The position numbers were made by a program, and so were the translations under genes. Positions 60,890 through 64,000 of a stretch of 64,000 nucleotides of DNA are shown piece by piece. Below the pieces are notes generated by a model. It worked only from the letters and a program-made list of their open reading frames with translations, did not search any database and was not told where the DNA came from. This DNA comes from an uncultured Clostridium sp. (GTDB taxonomy: Bacteria > Bacillota > Clostridia > Lachnospirales > Lachnospiraceae). The first letter of the stretch is position 1; each line of letters begins with the position of its first letter. The stretch spans positions 5,679 to 69,678 of the forward strand of contig NZ_URHZ01000017.1 of assembly GCF_900547735.1 (NCBI RefSeq). Direction: 5' to 3'.

Positions 60890-62902
60890 CTACTCTTTCG
60901 ATAACTCATTCTTCAACGTCTTAGCCAGCTCATCCGGCGCATTCTCATGCATAACTTCCTTCCAGGCCGACAAGAGATTTTTCCGCTCCACAACACAGGG
61001 AGAGATCCCGATATATTCATATCCCCTCTGGTTCAGCAGCGCCTTGGCGGTAGCCTGTCCCGCGGCGACGCCCTGGTCGTATGCCTTCTGAGCGCTCAGA
61101 CCGAGCACGATATCTTCATCGGCCAGGATTCTTGCTATCTCATAATCTAAATCAAAGGTCACAATCTTAATATCGCAGCGGTTCAGTTCCCGCATTGCCC
61201 TGATCACTCCGAGTGCGGGGCCTTCCCAGGACACATAGAGCCCCCTGATTTCCGGGTGGGTGAGAATCATCTTTTTCGCCACCGTATAGGCGTTTTCTAT
61301 CTGGTAAAACGGTTCCGATTCCACGATTGTGATATTCGGATATTCCTCCCGTATCGTTTGTTCCGCAATCATGTCCCTCAGATAGGTTCCGAGGAATTTG
61401 CTTCCGTGTACGATGAAACCGACTACCACATTCTCTTCCTTCTTGAAGTGTTCCCCCAGGAGCACGGCTCCGCCCCGCCCGTTTTCACGCTCATTGGTGG
61501 AGACGAGGGAATAGTAGTCCCCCTTGCTCATCCCGTCCGGCACATTGCTGATAAAAATCAGTTTCGTCTCTTTGGATAGCTGACGGAACTTGTTGGCGGT
61601 GGCGGTATCGTCGACCGGAATCGCAACAATGGCGTCCACCCCCTGCATTCGCAGGCTCTCAAGCTGGATCGCCTGAAGGTTCGGGTCAAAATTGGAGTCG
61701 GTGACGGAAACAATGTTGACGCCGCACCGGGACAGAATATAGCGCAGCCCCTTCTCGTGCATGGCGGCCCACTGGGTGTTGCCGTAGTGGAAGGAGACGC
61801 CCACCCTGTATCTGCGCTCCTGCAGTTCTTTTACTTCAGACGGGGTCAAATCCAGATTGTCGGGAGAAACGGTGGTTTCACCGTACGGTCCCTTGCCGAT
61901 CATCTTGACGGACTTCCTGATTTCTAAAAGAGACGGGATATGTACTTCCTCCACCTCAGTAACTCCGTTTATCTGTTCAAACAGGAGTCTCAGAGCATTC
62001 TCGGCCATTCTGTGGCAGTCGTGGGAGAATGTTGTGAGGGGCGTGCCGAAGAGGTGGCACCATGATTCATCACTGAAACCGATGACGGATAACTGCTCGG
62101 GAATATCGACGGCAAGCTGCTGCAAAGTAGAAATCAGAATCAGCGTAATCCGGTTGCCGCAGGCAATATAGGCCGTGGGTTTAAAATTCTCATAATGGCT
62201 GATGATGGCCCGCTCACAGTCCTTATTATTGTACAGATTCATTTTGACAATGTTGGTGTCGTCACAATGTACGCCTGCGTCGTACATGGCGTCCAGGAAA
62301 CCGGTTAACTGCTCATTGACCGTGGAAATTTCCCTGTCCGACATCAGAATGCCGATTCTCTTGTGTCCGCTGTTGAGGAGGGTCTGTGTTCCCTTATAAA
62401 TAATACTGTCGCTGTCGGCCACTACACAGGAGATGGAGTGGTCCGAGACTGTGCGCTCAATGCAGACAAGCGGCATACCCCGCTGTCGTATCTTCTGATA
62501 GTACCGGCTGTCCTGGCCGGAGGGGGCAATTATGATTCCGGCGGTCTGGCGGCTGCTCATCAGGTTCTCCAGAATCCGCTTTTCGGAGGCAATATCATCG
62601 AAGGTCAGATAGATGGATACCGAATATCCTTTGGACTCACAAAGCTCCGTAATGCAGGTAATAATCCTGGTAAATAAAGAGCCGCCCACATTGGGAATTA
62701 CGACGGCTATGACGGATTTTTCACCTATCCTGGCAGTGCCGGGCTTTTTCTGCGCTTTCACCTGATAATTCGTATCGCGGATAGCCTGCAGGACCTTTTT
62801 TGTCAGCGCGGGTTTCACGTATCGCGTTCCGTTTATGACATGAGAGACGGTTGCAATCGAGACCCCGGCTTTTTCCGCAACATCCTTGATCGTTGTAGCC
62901 AT
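60890..62902 (-). CDS. LacI family regulator with two tandem sugar-binding-type domains
   Basis: TIKDVAEKAGVSIATVSHVIN HTH, normal LacI core, then an extra ~330-aa RbsB-like domain. Confidence 0.9.
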   Translation of the reverse strand: MATTIKDVAEKAGVSIATVSHVINGTRYVKPALTKKVLQAIRDTNYQVKAQKKPGTARIGEKSVIAVVIPNVGGSLFTRIITCITELCESKGYSVSIYLTFDDIASEKRILENLMSSRQTAGIIIAPSGQDSRYYQKIRQRGMPLVCIERTVSDHSISCVVADSDSIIYKGTQTLLNSGHKRIGILMSDREISTVNEQLTGFLDAMYDAGVHCDDTNIVKMNLYNNKDCERAIISHYENFKPTAYIACGNRITLILISTLQQLAVDIPEQLSVIGFSDESWCHLFGTPLTTFSHDCHRMAENALRLLFEQINGVTEVEEVHIPSLLEIRKSVKMIGKGPYGETTVSPDNLDLTPSEVKELQERRYRVGVSFHYGNTQWAAMHEKGLRYILSRCGVNIVSVTDSNFDPNLQAIQLESLRMQGVDAIVAIPVDDTATANKFRQLSKETKLIFISNVPDGMSKGDYYSLVSTNERENGRGGAVLLGEHFKKEENVVVGFIVHGSKFLGTYLRDMIAEQTIREEYPNITIVESEPFYQIENAYTVAKKMILTHPEIRGLYVSWEGPALGVIRAMRELNRCDIKIVTFDLDYEIARILADEDIVLGLSAQKAYDQGVAAGQATAKALLNQRGYEYIGISPCVVERKNLLSAWKEVMHENAPDELAKTLKNELSKE

Positions 62903-62921
62903 GTAAAATCCCTCCCCTGTT

Positions 62922-63184
62922 ATTTACGTAAATTCACTTATACTATATCAATTTATAAAAACAAAGTCAAATTCTATTCGAGGCAGCGGAGGAAGGGAGA
63001 GAGATTTTTATAAAACATAATGGTAAAAAATAGAAGAAAAACGGTGAAAATGGCTTAAATTTACGTAAAAAATGAATTTGCTTTATCATATTAGCACAAA
63101 ATGCACAAAACATTCCTGTTCAAAACGCAGAATATTATAAAAACCGTTGACGCTGTCAGACTGCAATGATATCATTTACGTAAA
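62922..63184. promoter_or_regulatory. Three candidate LacI operators, ATTTACGTAAA
   Basis: Copies at 62922, 63059 and 63174 in the divergent promoter region; CG-centred palindrome. Confidence 0.75.
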
Positions 63185-63247
63185 CAAAGCGGCGCGCGAA
63201 GCTTAATGCAGTAAAGTAAGAAGTCAACCAAAGAGGAGGATACAAAA

Positions 63248-64000
63248 ATGAAGAAAACAATCGCAAAGGTAATGGCATTCACAATGCTGGCGGCAACACT
63301 GGCCGGATGCGGCGGCTCGGGAAATAAGACGGAGACTCCGGCGGCAGAAGCAAAGACAGAGGGAGCAGCTTCTGAAGCGGCAGGAACGGAAGGAACCGAG
63401 GGCGCAGAGGGTACGGCATCCTATAAATTTGCATTTCTTCCTAATACACAGAATAATACATTCCAGGCGGCAATGAACGACACATTTAAAAAGCTTTGCA
63501 GTGAAAAGGGTTACAGCTATGTGTGCCTTGACCCGGACTATGATTTAAATACCCAGTTATCCCAGATGGCCGATGTGGCAAACCAGAACTTCGACGCAGT
63601 GTTCGTAATTCCGGTTGACTCCGCAGGCATCAGACAGGGACTTGAGCAGATACATGAGAAAAACATCCCGATCCTCAATGTGGATACCCCGGTGATCGAT
63701 GATGATTTAGATTTAGTGGAAACCGTAATTGCCACCGACGCCTATAATGCGGGTACCTTGGTAGGACAGCAGATGGCAGCGGACTATCCGGACGGAGCAA
63801 AGATTGCCATTTTGGATTTCCCATCCAATGAATCATGCGTAAACCGCGTGGCCGGTTTTATGGACGGCCTCGGCGCTGCAAAGGATAAATTTGAGATTGT
63901 CGCACAGCAGGACGGCGCGGCAGCGCTTGATATTTCCATGCCGATTGCAGAGGATATTATCCAGGCCAACCCGGGCATCAACGCATTCTTCTGTATCAAC
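63248..64000 (+). CDS. Sugar ABC transporter substrate-binding lipoprotein (RbsB-like); runs off the window end
   Basis: GAGGAGG SD; MKKTIAK...LAGC lipobox; NNTF, VIPVDS, IPILNVD, TDAYNAG, RVAGF; open to the window end. Confidence 0.9.
   Translation, partial: MKKTIAKVMAFTMLAATLAGCGGSGNKTETPAAEAKTEGAASEAAGTEGTEGAEGTASYKFAFLPNTQNNTFQAAMNDTFKKLCSEKGYSYVCLDPDYDLNTQLSQMADVANQNFDAVFVIPVDSAGIRQGLEQIHEKNIPILNVDTPVIDDDLDLVETVIATDAYNAGTLVGQQMAADYPDGAKIAILDFPSNESCVNRVAGFMDGLGAAKDKFEIVAQQDGAAALDISMPIAEDIIQANPGINAFFCIN

Overview
A 64 kb chromosomal window from an anaerobic Firmicute; gene content and style suggest Lachnospiraceae / Clostridium cluster XIVa (inference). In order it holds: the end of a thiolase / 3-hydroxyacyl-CoA dehydrogenase / DASS-permease unit; a complete 9-gene V/A-type ATPase operon with Na+-type K-ring residues; a membrane diguanylate cyclase; and a ~27 kb accessory block (14.5-41.7 kb) of uncharacterised scavenging modules. 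Those modules are (i) a two-component system, DUF6305-like lipoprotein, DctM-like permease, 48-aa membrane microprotein, exported M14 hydrolase and lipoprotein gamma-glutamyltransferase; (ii) C45 Ntn-hydrolase, atypical M24 enzyme, LysR and AbgT; (iii) alpha/beta hydrolase, TRAP transporter, amidohydrolase-like protein and LysR; (iv) an AT-richer paralogous cassette of LysR, opine dehydrogenase, AbgT, atypical M24, UroD-like protein and cysteine desulfidase. Then come PerR-like/QueD-like genes, GNAT, thioredoxin, Crp/Fnr, PPi-type PFK, GntR-M29-GltS, a nucleotidyltransferase, a Pro-rich repeat protein, a 112-bp tandem palindromic repeat, murA, SAM-I riboswitch-metK, an OmpR-type two-component system, a double-sensor LacI and the start of a sugar ABC binding protein. 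No tRNA, rRNA, CRISPR array, transposase or integrase was seen. The best novelty candidates are the two paralogous AbgT/M24 cassettes, the gamma-glutamyl module, a QueD-like protein lacking known catalytic motifs, an A_AAA_AAC frameshift site, and dispersed palindromic repeats. All functional calls come from motif recognition by eye, with no database searches.
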